Shown: positions 19,401-29,034 of the stretch, in pieces
How the letters are laid out: every line of letters begins with the position of its first letter
How positions within the stretch are numbered: position 1 is the stretch's first letter
Translations under genes and position numbers: made by a program
The notes under the pieces: model-generated
Seen by the model: only the letters and a program-made list of their open reading frames with translations
The model's database searches: none
What the model was told of the DNA's origin: nothing
From: Nitrosospira multiformis ATCC 25196
GTDB lineage: Bacteria > Pseudomonadota > Gammaproteobacteria > Burkholderiales > Nitrosomonadaceae
NCBI RefSeq assembly: GCF_000196355.1
Contig: NC_007614.1
Location: forward strand, 2,190,001 to 2,222,000
DNA length: 32,000 nucleotides
Reading direction: 5' to 3'

Positions 19401-20810
19401 CTAATATATTTCCCTTACATCCACAAAATGTCCCGCGACTGCGGCAGCGGCGGCCATCGCAGGGCTCACCAGGTGAGTACGCCCCGCGGGACCCTGCCTG
19501 CCCTCAAAGTTGCGATTGGAAGTGGAAGCGCACCGTTCGCCGGGCTCCAGCCTGTCGTCATTCATCGCCAGGCACATCGAGCAACCCGGTTCGCGCCATT
19601 CAAAGCCCGCATCGCGGAATATCCTGTCCAGCCCCTCCTGCTCTGCCTGATGCTTGACCAGGCCCGATCCTGGTACGACCATTGCAAGCTTGATGCTCTT
19701 CGCAATGCGACGGCCCCTCACCACCTCGGCGGCGGCGCGCAAATCCTCTATGCGCGCATTCGTGCAGGAACCGATGAATATTTTATCGGGGCGAATTTCA
19801 CTGATCGGGGTGTTGGGAGCCAGCGCCATGTATTTGAGCGCCCGCTCCATGTCGTGACGCTTCACCGCATCCGCGATTTCTGTCGGATCAGGCACCTTTC
19901 CATCCACTGTCGCAACCATTTCGGGGGAAGTTCCCCAGGTTACCTGCGGCTTGATCGAGGCGGCGTCCAGTTGAACCCCCTTGTCAAAGCTCGCACCCTC
20001 GTCACTCTTCAGGGTACGCCAGTAGGCCACCGCTTTTTCCCAGAGATCGCCTTTAGGCGCAAAGGGACGGCCCCGGAGATATTCAATGGTGACATCATCC
20101 ACTGCCACCATTCCCGCACGCGCACCCGCCTCGATCGCCATATTGCAGAGCGTCATGCGCCCTTCCATCGACAGCCCACGAATCGCGCTGCCGGCAAACT
20201 CGATCGCATAGCCTGTACCTCCGGCAGTACCGATCCTGCCGACCACGGCAAGCGCCACATCCTTGGCGGTAATGCCATTGCCCAGGTTGCCATCTACCAC
20301 GATCTGCATCGTTCTGGATTTCTTCGCCAGCAAGCACTGCGTCGCCAGCACATGCTCCACCTCGGAAGTACCTATGCCAAAGGCAAGGCAGCCAAAAGCG
20401 CCATGCGTGCTTGTATGCGAGTCGCCGCAAACCACTGTCATTCCTGGCAGGGTGGCACCCTGTTCCGGTCCGATGACATGCACGATGCCTTGGCGCTGAT
20501 CGTTCATTCTGAATTCGGTGATGCCCAATTCCTCACAATTCTGATCGAGCGTTTCCACTTGCAGGCGAGATACCGGATCACTGATGCCATGATCTCGCCC
20601 GGTGGTCGGCACGTTGTGGTCTGCTACCGCCAGAATGGAATTGAGGCGCCACGGCTTGCGTCCGGCCAGCTTCAACCCTTCGAACGCTTGGGGGCTGGTC
20701 ACCTCGTGCACGAGGTGACGATCGATATATAGCAGCGCCATGCCTTCCGCATCATCGGATTCTTCATGCACCACATGGCTTTGCCAGAGTTTGTCGTATA
20801 ACGTTTGCAT
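19401..20810 (-). CDS. leuC: 3-isopropylmalate dehydratase large subunit
   Basis: Homology begins at [14 protein letters not shown] (ATG at 20810). The ORF-track start at 20840 is a TTG adding 10 residues. The aconitase-family Cys ligands are present ([24 protein letters not shown]). Confidence 0.95.
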   Translation of the reverse strand: MQTLYDKLWQSHVVHEESDDAEGMALLYIDRHLVHEVTSPQAFEGLKLAGRKPWRLNSILAVADHNVPTTGRDHGISDPVSRLQVETLDQNCEELGITEFRMNDQRQGIVHVIGPEQGATLPGMTVVCGDSHTSTHGAFGCLAFGIGTSEVEHVLATQCLLAKKSRTMQIVVDGNLGNGITAKDVALAVVGRIGTAGGTGYAIEFAGSAIRGLSMEGRMTLCNMAIEAGARAGMVAVDDVTIEYLRGRPFAPKGDLWEKAVAYWRTLKSDEGASFDKGVQLDAASIKPQVTWGTSPEMVATVDGKVPDPTEIADAVKRHDMERALKYMALAPNTPISEIRPDKIFIGSCTNARIEDLRAAAEVVRGRRIAKSIKLAMVVPGSGLVKHQAEQEGLDRIFRDAGFEWREPGCSMCLAMNDDRLEPGERCASTSNRNFEGRQGPAGRTHLVSPAMAAAAAVAGHFVDVREIY

Positions 20811-20849
20811 TTTTGTGGAAAATGGGAATAACGGCTTCAAATCTCAATG

Positions 20850-20870
20850 TTTCATTATCCCATAATGAAA
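20850..20870. promoter_or_regulatory. Inverted repeat TTTCATTAT-CCC-ATAATGAAA upstream of leuC
   Basis: 9-bp perfect arms, 40-60 nt upstream of the leuC ATG and 30 nt after the MFS stop. Candidate operator or AT-rich hairpin. Confidence 0.3.
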
Positions 20871-20899
20871 TATCAAGGAACAGCAAGAGTACGCAATTG

Positions 20900-22048
20900 T
20901 CACGCGGACCCGTCGATGTCCATCTTCCAGACTACCAGCCCCAAGCCCAGCGACACGGCCATCGCACTGATCGTAAAAGTGAGTCCTGCCCCCAGCCAAT
21001 CCCACGAATAACCGCTGAATATGCCCCCAATAGTGCCGCCGAGCCCGAATGTGAGACTGGTGTAGAGGGCTTGCCCCTTCGCCTGGTGGCGCCCACCGAA
21101 GAGCCGATGCACCACCATCATGGCGGTGGCGTGATGCGCCCCGTAGGTTGCGGCATGCAGCACCTGTGCAGAAAATATGACAAACGGCCATTCCACGCCC
21201 CAGCCTATCATCAGGAAGCGTGCTACGGCACAGCTGAAACTGAACACCATGATCTGTTTCATGCGGAATCGGCGCATCAACTGCGGCATCAGGAAAAATA
21301 TGCCGATCTCACAGATAACCCCTGTGGCCCACAGCCAGCCTACGAGACTTTTGCTGTATCCGTACTCGACAAGATAGATCGAATAAAAGGTGTAGTAGGG
21401 GCCGTGCGCAAACACCATCAACAGGCACGCTGCAAAAAAGGCCAGTACTTCTGGCCGCCGGAATATTTGTGGAATGGAATGCTCGGTGGCAGGATGCGTT
21501 GCTGTCCCGACTTCAGGAATCAGTCGTGAAAAAAAGACAATACCGAGCTTGAAGCCAAGGACAGCCCATAGCAGCGAGCTGATGCTGGTCGCATCCAGCA
21601 GATAACCAACCCCGGTTACCGCCAGAATGAATCCTACTGAACCCCACACCCGGATGAGTCCGTATTTTGTGATGTTTTCTCCCAGGTATGAAAGTGTGGT
21701 TGCCTCGATCAACGGCAGGGAAGCGCTCCAGAAAAAACTCATCAGCGCCATGACCACAAACAGCCAGCTATAGGACTCGCCGAGAAAAACGCCACAGTAG
21801 CTGACCAAGCCTGCAATTGCAGCCGAGCGTACAATGAACATTCGCTTGCCGACGTGATCTGCAAGCCAGCCCCATGCAGCCGGGGCAAAGATGCGAGTGA
21901 CATGCAGCAGGGACATGAGCACCCCGATCTGAAAGGAAGCGAAAGAAAGGGATTTGAGGTAAAGGGTCCAGTAAGGAGCAAAGGCGCCAATAAAGGCAAA
22001 ATGGAAGAAATAGAAGCCGGAAAGACGCCAATAGGGGATGGATTGCAT
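20900..22048 (-). CDS. MFS transporter, HcaT/PPP-like (MFS_1_like) family
   Basis: 382 aa with about 12 TM segments. The N-terminus YWRLSGFYFFHFAFIGAFAPYWTLYLKSL is characteristic of the 3-phenylpropionate (HcaT)-like MFS subfamily. Confidence 0.8.
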   Translation of the reverse strand: MQSIPYWRLSGFYFFHFAFIGAFAPYWTLYLKSLSFASFQIGVLMSLLHVTRIFAPAAWGWLADHVGKRMFIVRSAAIAGLVSYCGVFLGESYSWLFVVMALMSFFWSASLPLIEATTLSYLGENITKYGLIRVWGSVGFILAVTGVGYLLDATSISSLLWAVLGFKLGIVFFSRLIPEVGTATHPATEHSIPQIFRRPEVLAFFAACLLMVFAHGPYYTFYSIYLVEYGYSKSLVGWLWATGVICEIGIFFLMPQLMRRFRMKQIMVFSFSCAVARFLMIGWGVEWPFVIFSAQVLHAATYGAHHATAMMVVHRLFGGRHQAKGQALYTSLTFGLGGTIGGIFSGYSWDWLGAGLTFTISAMAVSLGLGLVVWKMDIDGSA

Positions 22049-22058
22049 TTATGCGAGT

Positions 22059-22096
22059 TTACAGGCTATTTGACAGATCATTTAATCAGCCTGTAA
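22059..22096. promoter_or_regulatory. 9-bp inverted repeat TTACAGGCT-N20-AGCCTGTAA in the MFS 5' leader
   Basis: Read directly from the sequence. It ends 11 nt upstream of the MFS ATG, where no SD is visible. Confidence 0.25.
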
Positions 22097-22164
22097 CGGA
22101 TATGCGGTTTAAAGCATGATGACCGCCTTCGCCGCATGAGGAGGTCAAGCTGTATGCAACCTCA

Positions 22165-22198
22165 TAAAACAAGGGGTGCAGGATACCCTGCACCCCTT
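22165..22198 (-). terminator. Intrinsic terminator after the PRC-barrel gene
   Basis: 12-bp perfect stem AAGGGGTGCAGG-ATAC-CCTGCACCCCTT. On the minus strand it is followed by GTTTTATGAGG. It lies 27 nt after the stop at 22225. Confidence 0.7.
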
Positions 22199-22224
22199 CT
22201 TTACTTGATACTACCTAACAGTTT

Positions 22225-22776
22225 TTATTTGTGCGTGTGAAAGGTATCGTCGGTTTTGTCTTGCACGTGGTCAGCGCCGACCGGTGCAACCGGAATGATC
22301 CTTTCATTGTTTCGATGGGCAGAGGTCTTATAGTCTTTCCTGGAGGTGGTTTCGTAGTCTGCATCCATGTAAGACTTCGTTCCATAGTAGGAATTGATCG
22401 TGTTCTGCCAGGAGGGATCCGCCATATCCGGCCAGTCATCCTTATCGAATCCCGGTGCGGAGTCGAGGCGTTCCTTATCCACGTTGAGGATGAAGCGCTT
22501 GTTCTCTGTATCGAGCGTCAGCGCGCTCCAGGGCACGGCGAAGAGTTTATCCCCCATTCCCAGAAATCCGCCGAAAGACAGCACGGCATAAGCGATTTTG
22601 CCGTTGTTCATATCGAGCATGATTTCCTTGATGTCGCCAAGATCTTCGTCCTTGGTGTTGTATACATCCTCGCCAATAAGAGTGTCCGCACCCATCAGAC
22701 GGGGCCCCGGGCCCTTCCCTTCCTCCTTGCCATACTTCTTGTACATCCCGTAGGTATCGCGATCTGTATAAGCCAT
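22225..22776 (-). CDS. PRC-barrel domain protein
   Basis: 183 aa. The core LIGEDVYNTKDEDLGDIKEIMLDMNNGKIAYAVLSFGGFLGMGDKLFAVPWSAL is typical of the PRC-barrel fold. AGGAGA lies 6 nt upstream of the ATG. Confidence 0.8.
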   Translation of the reverse strand: MAYTDRDTYGMYKKYGKEEGKGPGPRLMGADTLIGEDVYNTKDEDLGDIKEIMLDMNNGKIAYAVLSFGGFLGMGDKLFAVPWSALTLDTENKRFILNVDKERLDSAPGFDKDDWPDMADPSWQNTINSYYGTKSYMDADYETTSRKDYKTSAHRNNERIIPVAPVGADHVQDKTDDTFHTHK

Positions 22777-23190
22777 AACTATCTCCTATGAAAGTATGAA
22801 ATTAGTAAATTCTTAAAGGTTACTGCTTGAACTTCCTGTAAGAACTTTTCTGCATTTCACCCTCACCGCTTCGATCCGGCTTGCTGCTTCCTGCCGATGT
22901 GCCGGTCCTTCTCTTCCTCGAAGCGCCTTAGATGTATACAGAATGCTTCAACCTGGAAAGAGGATCAGTGCGGTATCGAACAAAAATTGACTTTTCCACC
23001 AAATCGCACGCAATTCAGGATCATCAGAACTTATATGTCTGAAAGCGTACAGAGTACATCCTTTCTCTTTGAGGAGAATTGCAACTAGAACTCGTCCGCG
23101 CTAAGGGATAAAGAAATGAAGAAGGCAGGAATCGGCCTGTTTACAGGAAAGGAAAGATATTCCTTCCAACTGAAATGAATATCGTCACGA

Positions 23191-23214
23191 TAGATAAATG
23201 TCACCTAGATAAAT
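23191..23214 (+). promoter_or_regulatory. Direct repeat TAGATAAAT-N6-TAGATAAAT immediately upstream of egtB
   Basis: Two identical 9-mers at 23191-23199 and 23206-23214, ending 2 nt before the egtB ATG. No SD is visible. Confidence 0.25.
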
Positions 23215-23216
23215 AA

Positions 23217-24542
23217 ATGATCATGCGGAAAACACTCAACCGACCTGTCGAATTATCGCCATTCCCGACATGGCTTCAACGATATCGTGAAATTCGCAGG
23301 CAGACGCTGAAACTCGTTGAAACACTTGGGCCAGATGATCAGATGGTCCAGTCCATGCCTGACGCAAGCCCCTCCAAGTGGCATCTTGCCCATACCACAT
23401 GGTTCTTCGAGGAATTCATCCTCGCACAGCATTTTCACGGTTATGCCCGTTTCGATGAGCGATTCAGCTTCCTCTTCAACTCGTACTACAAACGGCTGGG
23501 AAAGCATCCGCATCGCTCTATTCGGGGTACGTTTTCCCGTCCCACCCTCGATCAGGTTCGTCTTTATCGTGTCTACGTAGACGATGCCATGGAGGAGTTA
23601 CTCCTGCGTGAAGCTTCAGCCGAAATTTTACGATTGGTCGAACTGGGGTTGAATCATGAGCAGCAACATCAGGAATTGATCGTTACGGATATCAAACATG
23701 CGTTCTGGAGCAATCCCCTGCGGCCCAGTTATCAGCCGGAACGAATACGCGTTGTGGCATCCGCAACGGCTGCTCCACCGTTAAAATGGTATTGTTTTGA
23801 CGAAGGCATCTACCAGATAGGGGATGACGATACCTCCCATTTTGCATTCGACAACGAATTACCGCGGCATCCCACTTATCTCAGTCCCTTCCGCATTGCC
23901 TCCCGCCTTGTAACAAACGAAGAGTACCTGGAGTTTATGGCCGATGATGGTTATGCGCGACCGGAACTATGGCTGTCGGATGGCTGGGACCATGTATGCG
24001 AGCATCAATGGACAGCGCCGCTCTACTGGGAACAGATGGACGATGGCTGGAGCCAATATACCTGTGGCGGCACTGTGCCGCTCGATCCGAGCGAACCGGT
24101 ATGCCACGTAAGCTTTTACGAAGCGGATGCATTCGCGCGTTGGGCGGGCGCCCGGCTGCCAACGGAATCCGAATGGGAAGCTGCTGCGAGATCCAGCAGA
24201 TGCTCGACCATTTTTGCAAACCTGTTTGAAAACGAAAATTATCATCCCACGCCAGCCGTTCATTCCAAATCGCAACAACAGAGCATGCAACAGATGTTGG
24301 GCGATGTATGGGAATGGACCTCAAGCCCTTATTCCGCCTATCCTGGTTACCGTCCGCCAGCAGGGGCAGAAGGGGAATACAACGGGAAATTCATGTGTAA
24401 CCAGCTGGTCCTGCGCGGGGGATCCTGCGTTACACCGCGCTCTCATATACGGGAGTCATACCGCAATTTCTTTCTGCCCCAGAAGCGTTGGCAATTCTCC
24501 GGGATACGTTTGGCTAACGACAGTAATGACAGGACTGCATGA
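23217..24542 (+). CDS. egtB: Ergothioneine biosynthesis sulfoxide synthase EgtB (DinB_2 + FGE-sulfatase domains)
   Basis: 441 aa. DinB-like N-domain with SKWHLAHTTWFFEEF and LNHEQQHQEL. C-terminal FGE-type domain (GDVWEWTSSPY...RGGSCVTP). The stop overlaps the egtD start. Confidence 0.88.
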   Translation: MIMRKTLNRPVELSPFPTWLQRYREIRRQTLKLVETLGPDDQMVQSMPDASPSKWHLAHTTWFFEEFILAQHFHGYARFDERFSFLFNSYYKRLGKHPHRSIRGTFSRPTLDQVRLYRVYVDDAMEELLLREASAEILRLVELGLNHEQQHQELIVTDIKHAFWSNPLRPSYQPERIRVVASATAAPPLKWYCFDEGIYQIGDDDTSHFAFDNELPRHPTYLSPFRIASRLVTNEEYLEFMADDGYARPELWLSDGWDHVCEHQWTAPLYWEQMDDGWSQYTCGGTVPLDPSEPVCHVSFYEADAFARWAGARLPTESEWEAAARSSRCSTIFANLFENENYHPTPAVHSKSQQQSMQQMLGDVWEWTSSPYSAYPGYRPPAGAEGEYNGKFMCNQLVLRGGSCVTPRSHIRESYRNFFLPQKRWQFSGIRLANDSNDRTA

Positions 24543-25516
24543 TGATTACATCCAAATCCCTCAACCGGAAATCCATTCCCGCTCCGCTCCCTTCCATCGC
24601 CGAAGATGTACTGGAAGGCCTCTCTCGCACACCCAAGAGTCTACCGCCAAAATTGCTTTATGATGCTACCGGCTCCGACTTGTTTGAACAGATCACCTGT
24701 CTGCCGGAATATTATCCTACTCGAACGGAAGCGGGCATACTGACGGTCCATGCGGAGGAAATATGCAGCCATCTGCGCCGCAATGTCTCGGTCAGCGAGC
24801 TTGGGGCCGGAACCGCGACCAAGACTCGAATTCTGCTGCGTTCTCTTGTGCGGCAGCAATTCGGCGTGAACTACTTTCCGCTCGATGTCTCCGATGCTGC
24901 CTTGCAGTTGGCCAAGGATGAAGTGGAAAGCGAATTGAGCAGGGTGAAAGTTCACCCCCAACTTGGGGATTTCGACAACCTGACATTTCTTGAACATCAG
25001 TCTCCGCCGCGCCTCGTTCTTTATATCGGTTCCAGTATCGGCAATCTGGAAAACGACGCTGCGATCGCCTTGCTGCAGAACATTGCACGAAACCTGTCAA
25101 CCGGAGATAAGCTGCTGCTCGGGGCAGATCTCGTGAAAGACATCAATGTCATGCATGCTGCTTATAACGACGAGGCAGGAGTGACTGCTTTGTTCAATAA
25201 AAATCTTCTTGTCAGGATCAACCGGGAACTGAGCGGGCACTTCGATCCCGAATCGTTTTGCCATATCTCATTCTGGAATGAGGCAGAATCGCGCATTGAA
25301 CTGCATCTCGAAAGCGCTTGCCGCCAAGCGGTCAGGATAGATACGCTTGATATGACATTCCACTTTGACCGGGGTGAACGGATTCATACGGAAAACAGTT
25401 ACAAATACACTGTCGAGCATCTCGAAAACCTGCTCCGCTCTGGTGGTTTCCAGGTCGAGCATACCTGGACAGATCCTGATTCCTGGTTTGCGGTCAGCCT
25501 GGGCGTGATAACATGA
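24539..25516 (+). CDS. egtD: L-histidine N-alpha-methyltransferase EgtD
   Basis: 325 aa. LPPKLLYDATGSDLFEQITCLPEYYPTRTE and the SAM motif ELGAGTATKTR are hallmark EgtD. ATGA overlap with egtB. Confidence 0.9.
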   Translation: MMITSKSLNRKSIPAPLPSIAEDVLEGLSRTPKSLPPKLLYDATGSDLFEQITCLPEYYPTRTEAGILTVHAEEICSHLRRNVSVSELGAGTATKTRILLRSLVRQQFGVNYFPLDVSDAALQLAKDEVESELSRVKVHPQLGDFDNLTFLEHQSPPRLVLYIGSSIGNLENDAAIALLQNIARNLSTGDKLLLGADLVKDINVMHAAYNDEAGVTALFNKNLLVRINRELSGHFDPESFCHISFWNEAESRIELHLESACRQAVRIDTLDMTFHFDRGERIHTENSYKYTVEHLENLLRSGGFQVEHTWTDPDSWFAVSLGVIT

Positions 25517-25682
25517 AGAACTGCTCAGGTTTCTGATCCGATTGTACGATTTCCGCTTTCCGGCACCTACGGCATCCGGCCATTCGCTGTATCAGTATCA
25601 ATACTTGCTAGATATAAATAGCAAGATCACGGTAGTACATTCAATAAAGTCTGCGACGGGGAATTGAGAATGAGGAGTAGGG

Positions 25683-26432
25683 ATGTTTGAGTGGCTGACG
25701 AGCCCGGAAGCATGGGTTGCACTGCTGACGCTGACTACGTTGGAAATTGTTTTAGGTATCGACAATATTATCTTCATCTCAATACTGGTAGGACGCCTTC
25801 CTGAAGCCCAGCGAAATTTTGCCAGAAGGATGGGGCTTAGTCTCGCGATGCTGAGTCGGCTTGCTCTATTGTTCTCGATCTCCTGGGTAATGAGCTTGAC
25901 CAAACCCTGGTTTGCAATTTTGGGCAATTCCATTTCAGGGCGCGATATCGTATTGATCGGGGGAGGGCTCTTTCTCCTGTTCAAGGCAACTCATGAAATA
26001 CATAACAGTCTGGAAGGCACGGATAACAGCAGCAGGAACATCTCCGCCACGAGCGTAGGCATGGTCCTGCTACAGATTGCCATCCTAGATATTGTATTCT
26101 CGCTGGATTCCGTCATAACGGCTGTAGGCCTGGTCGACCACATTACATTGATGGCTATTGCCATTATTCTCGCGGTTCTAGTCATGCTACTGGCGGCCAA
26201 ACCAATAGGAGATTTTGTAGAGAAGCATCCGACAATCAAGATCCTTGCCCTTTCCTTCCTGATACTGGTCGGCGTTACCCTCATCGTCGAAGGCTTCGAC
26301 GTTCATGTTCCGAAAGGCTACATCTACTTCGCCATGGCATTCTCGGTCACTGTGGAATTTCTCAACCTTCGATTACGCAAGAAAACAGTGGAACCAGTCA
26401 GGTTGCACCGGCACATAGACAACGTCGATTGA
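25683..26432 (+). CDS. TerC-family integral membrane protein
   Basis: 249 aa with about 7 TM segments. The motif LEIVLGIDNIIFISILV is repeated later as ILDIVFSLDSVITAVG. GAGGAG lies just upstream of the ATG. Confidence 0.85.
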   Translation: MFEWLTSPEAWVALLTLTTLEIVLGIDNIIFISILVGRLPEAQRNFARRMGLSLAMLSRLALLFSISWVMSLTKPWFAILGNSISGRDIVLIGGGLFLLFKATHEIHNSLEGTDNSSRNISATSVGMVLLQIAILDIVFSLDSVITAVGLVDHITLMAIAIILAVLVMLLAAKPIGDFVEKHPTIKILALSFLILVGVTLIVEGFDVHVPKGYIYFAMAFSVTVEFLNLRLRKKTVEPVRLHRHIDNVD

Positions 26433-26477
26433 TGATGAATCCGGCTTTTCGCCAGCATACCGGCTGAATCTTCCCGC

Positions 26478-28331
26478 ATGCTTGACTGGCAAAACGGACA
26501 ACTGTATTCCACTCGCTTCGGTGACGTCTACTTCTCAAGAGACTCGGGACTGGAAGAAAAACAGTACGTCTTCCTGCAGGGCAACCGGCTTGCGGACCGT
26601 TTTGAGTCCTTGCAGCCTGATACCGCGTTTTCCATTGGAGAAACGGGATTCGGCACAGGATTGAGCTTTTTATGCACTTGGCGGCTATTCATCCAGATTG
26701 CACCCCTTCGGACCAGTCTTGATTTTTTCAGTGTTGAAAAATATCCGCTTGATGAAAAAGAACTGAGCGCAGCGCTCGCGCTTTGGCCCGAACTGGGCCC
26801 ATACGCCGATGAACTTATGCTGCGCTGGCAGCGGCGTGTACCCGGATGGAATCGGTGGAGCTTCGCCGGAGGAAGAGTGCGTCTCACGCTGGCAATAGAG
26901 GACGTGACCCGGGCGCTGCCTGAAACGCACGGTATCGATGCATGGTTTCTTGACGGCTTTTCACCGGCGCGAAACCCGGAAATGTGGACACTCCAGATTT
27001 TTCACTGGATTGCGCGGGCGTCGCGAGCAGGCGCAACCTTTGCGACCTATACCAGTGCCGGCGTTGTTCGTCGCGGTTTGGAACAAGCAGGGTTTCAGGT
27101 CAAAAAAATATCCGGCTTTGGCCATAAGCGTGAAATGCTGCAAGGTGACCTTCCTGGCCCCCCTCCCGTTCGACTGGCTCCCACCACCGCGATCGTTATC
27201 GGAGGGGGAATAGCAGGGTGCGCCGCTGCTTCGGCGCTGGCCAGTCGTGGACTTATAGTTGAACTTCTGGAATCACACACCCTTGGCGCGGGTGCGTCAG
27301 GCAACCCGATTGGTATACTGCACGCCCGCCTGAGTGCAGGAATGAACGCCCTGCACCGCTTTGTGCTGGCATCCTACGGACATGCGCTCGCCTTGCTTGA
27401 CGAAAAAATACCCGTCGATGGCGTCATGCGGAGTGAATGCGGAGAACTGCAGCTGTCATTCTCCGCCGAAGAAGCAAGACGAATCGGGAAGCTTGCGACC
27501 CTCGACTGGCCCGCGCATGTTTTCCGACCAGTAGATGCGGCTGAAGCATCGGCCCTTGCGGGAATTGAGCTTTCATATGGTGGCCTTTGGTTTCCCGGTA
27601 GCGGTTGGCTTGCTCCGCCTCAACTTTGTGTAGCCTTGCTTGGCAGTCAGGCTATCACCCTGTATACCGGTCGCACGGTAAAATCACTTACCCCAACGAG
27701 TCACGGGTGGCGTGTGCAAGCGGAAGATCAGAGGAAGCAAGCGTGGTCTCTGGAGGCCGAGATAGTTGTGGTTTGCACCGGATATCAGGTGAAATCGCTT
27801 CCAGCATTGGCAAATCTGCCGCTAACCCCGGTACGGGGACAGCTTACCTTGATCCCTGCAACAACCGCAAGCCAGAATCTCCGCACCATCGTATGCGGGA
27901 GTGGCTATTTCTCCCCTGCTGTTGCAGGACGACATATGGTGGGAGCAACCCATCGTTTTAACGATACATCGATTAACCTGAATGTATCGGAGCATGCGGA
28001 AAACTTATCCAGACTGCGAGAAATTTCTCCTGTCCTCCGCAGGTTGAGTGACGAGGTAAGTCAAGATATCAGGCAGCTTGAGCAATTGGATGGACGCACA
28101 TCTATCAGGGGGTCTGTTCCAGGCGCCATGCCGCTCGTCGGCGAACTTTTGCCCGGACTGTATACCAGCCTCGGCCATGGAACGCGTGGACTGATTACCG
28201 CGGGAATTTCAGCCGAATTGGTCGCGGCAACCGCCTGCGGGCAACTGCTGCCGTTGCCATTGTCCGTTGTCAATGCGCTCTCGCCTGTCCGAAGAGCTTC
28301 TCCCGCTATTCCGGTTTCAATCAAGGGATAG
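26478..28331 (+). CDS. mnmC: Bifunctional tRNA (mnm5s2U34) methyltransferase / FAD-dependent cmnm5s2U34 oxidoreductase
   Basis: 617 aa. N-terminal methyltransferase domain (FGDVYFSRDSGLEEKQYVFLQGN...DAWFLDGFSPARNPEMW). C-terminal DAO domain with IVIGGGIAGCAAA. An in-frame TGA 13 codons upstream fixes the start. Confidence 0.92.
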   Translation: MLDWQNGQLYSTRFGDVYFSRDSGLEEKQYVFLQGNRLADRFESLQPDTAFSIGETGFGTGLSFLCTWRLFIQIAPLRTSLDFFSVEKYPLDEKELSAALALWPELGPYADELMLRWQRRVPGWNRWSFAGGRVRLTLAIEDVTRALPETHGIDAWFLDGFSPARNPEMWTLQIFHWIARASRAGATFATYTSAGVVRRGLEQAGFQVKKISGFGHKREMLQGDLPGPPPVRLAPTTAIVIGGGIAGCAAASALASRGLIVELLESHTLGAGASGNPIGILHARLSAGMNALHRFVLASYGHALALLDEKIPVDGVMRSECGELQLSFSAEEARRIGKLATLDWPAHVFRPVDAAEASALAGIELSYGGLWFPGSGWLAPPQLCVALLGSQAITLYTGRTVKSLTPTSHGWRVQAEDQRKQAWSLEAEIVVVCTGYQVKSLPALANLPLTPVRGQLTLIPATTASQNLRTIVCGSGYFSPAVAGRHMVGATHRFNDTSINLNVSEHAENLSRLREISPVLRRLSDEVSQDIRQLEQLDGRTSIRGSVPGAMPLVGELLPGLYTSLGHGTRGLITAGISAELVAATACGQLLPLPLSVVNALSPVRRASPAIPVSIKG

Positions 28332-28521
28332 GGTGTACTAGAGTCCAATGGGCAACGTGGTTGAAAACCAGTAGAATACGCACCCATCTCTCTCGGATAA
28401 TTCACCCTTTACATCTTGGATGCCAGGCCGCTCTGTAAGGGACCGATCCCGGGCTGTTCTACCCGTTGGCAGAGAGAGCAAGTTTTGAACGCTGACAGGA
28501 ACGCTCTCACAGAGGAGTCTT

Positions 28522-28905
28522 ATGAACGCAGAACCCAAGCGCGAGCCGCTAAAAGGCGCGAAGTCCAATCCTCAGACGACGCAGTCACCCGTACCGATCA
28601 GCTGCTGGACGAGCGCTGCAATCGGTATTACCACCTACATATTCGAAGAATCGGAGGAAGCCCTGCGTCAGTCCGGGCTGGTACCTGATTGGCTCGGTTA
28701 TCCCGCGGACCCGGGGCACGGTGTGGCCGTGCCTGCTCATCCCGACTTCCCTAACTATCTGAAGCTCCTGAGGCTGAAAAGCGGCCAGTTACGTCTCATA
28801 ATCGACGTTCGTGCTGTATTGAAAGCAGATGGTCAATTTCAGCGTTTCCTCGGCGGCTTGACAGCCGATGCAAACCTTTCCCTGGTTAAAAGAGAGTCGG
28901 CCTGA
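28522..28905 (+). CDS. Hypothetical protein (127 aa), no family recognised
   Basis: GAGGAG lies 4 nt upstream of the ATG. GC is like the surrounding core. It is followed after 40 nt by a strong terminator. No motif I can name. Confidence 0.45.
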   Translation: MNAEPKREPLKGAKSNPQTTQSPVPISCWTSAAIGITTYIFEESEEALRQSGLVPDWLGYPADPGHGVAVPAHPDFPNYLKLLRLKSGQLRLIIDVRAVLKADGQFQRFLGGLTADANLSLVKRESA

Positions 28906-28944
28906 TATCGAGGCCCCTCATTCATTCGAAGACTCTCCCCGATA

Positions 28945-28979
28945 CAAAAAAGGTTGGGCAAAACTGCCCAACCTTTTTT
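28945..28979. terminator. Bidirectional intrinsic terminator
   Basis: AAAAAA-GGTTGGGCA-AAAC-TGCCCAACC-TTTTTT. It has a 9-bp GC-rich stem flanked by an A6 run and a T6 run, and sits between convergent plus- and minus-strand genes. Confidence 0.85.
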
Positions 28980-29034
28980 ATGCGCGGAAAGTACGCATGC
29001 TCCAATCCCTTCGAAATCCCTCACCAAAATTTTC

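Noticed and set aside
19287-20732. 481-aa plus-strand ORF opposite leuC. Similar long antisense ORFs occur at 16483..17421 and 16118..16936 opposite asd, 17487..18293 opposite leuB, 5251..5880 opposite metZ, 2189..2896 opposite gspE and 858..1520 opposite gspD.
   Set aside because: These are shadow ORFs typical of GC-rich DNA. They are Arg/His/Pro/Cys-rich and lack motifs and an SD. Each is fully overlapped by a gene with unmistakable family motifs on the other strand.
20811-20899. Leucine leader peptide / attenuator upstream of leuC.
   Set aside because: The spacer has no Leu-rich mini-ORF and no terminator with a U-tract. Only the palindrome reported separately is present.
22897-23088. 63-aa ORF, and an 18-codon ORF at 23116-23172 (MKKAGIGLFTGKERYSFQLK), in the PRC-barrel/egtB divergent region.
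   Set aside because: There is no convincing SD for the first one. Both sit in AT-rich promoter DNA and have no family resemblance.
25517-25682. Possible yybP-ykoY (Mn2+) riboswitch upstream of the TerC-family gene. The sequence contains GGGGAATTGAGAATGAGGAGTAGGG and a hairpin CTTGCTA-N9-TAGCAAG at 25604-25626.
   Set aside because: The GGAGTAG-like segment abuts the ATG and is better explained as the SD. I cannot place the second conserved half or the four-way-junction helices of the riboswitch. Only cmscan could rescue this.
28416-28688. 90-aa ORF overlapping the 5' part of the 127-aa hypothetical gene in another frame.
   Set aside because: It is Arg-rich and has no SD. The 28522 ORF has an SD and ends at a terminator, so only that one was kept, and itself at modest confidence.
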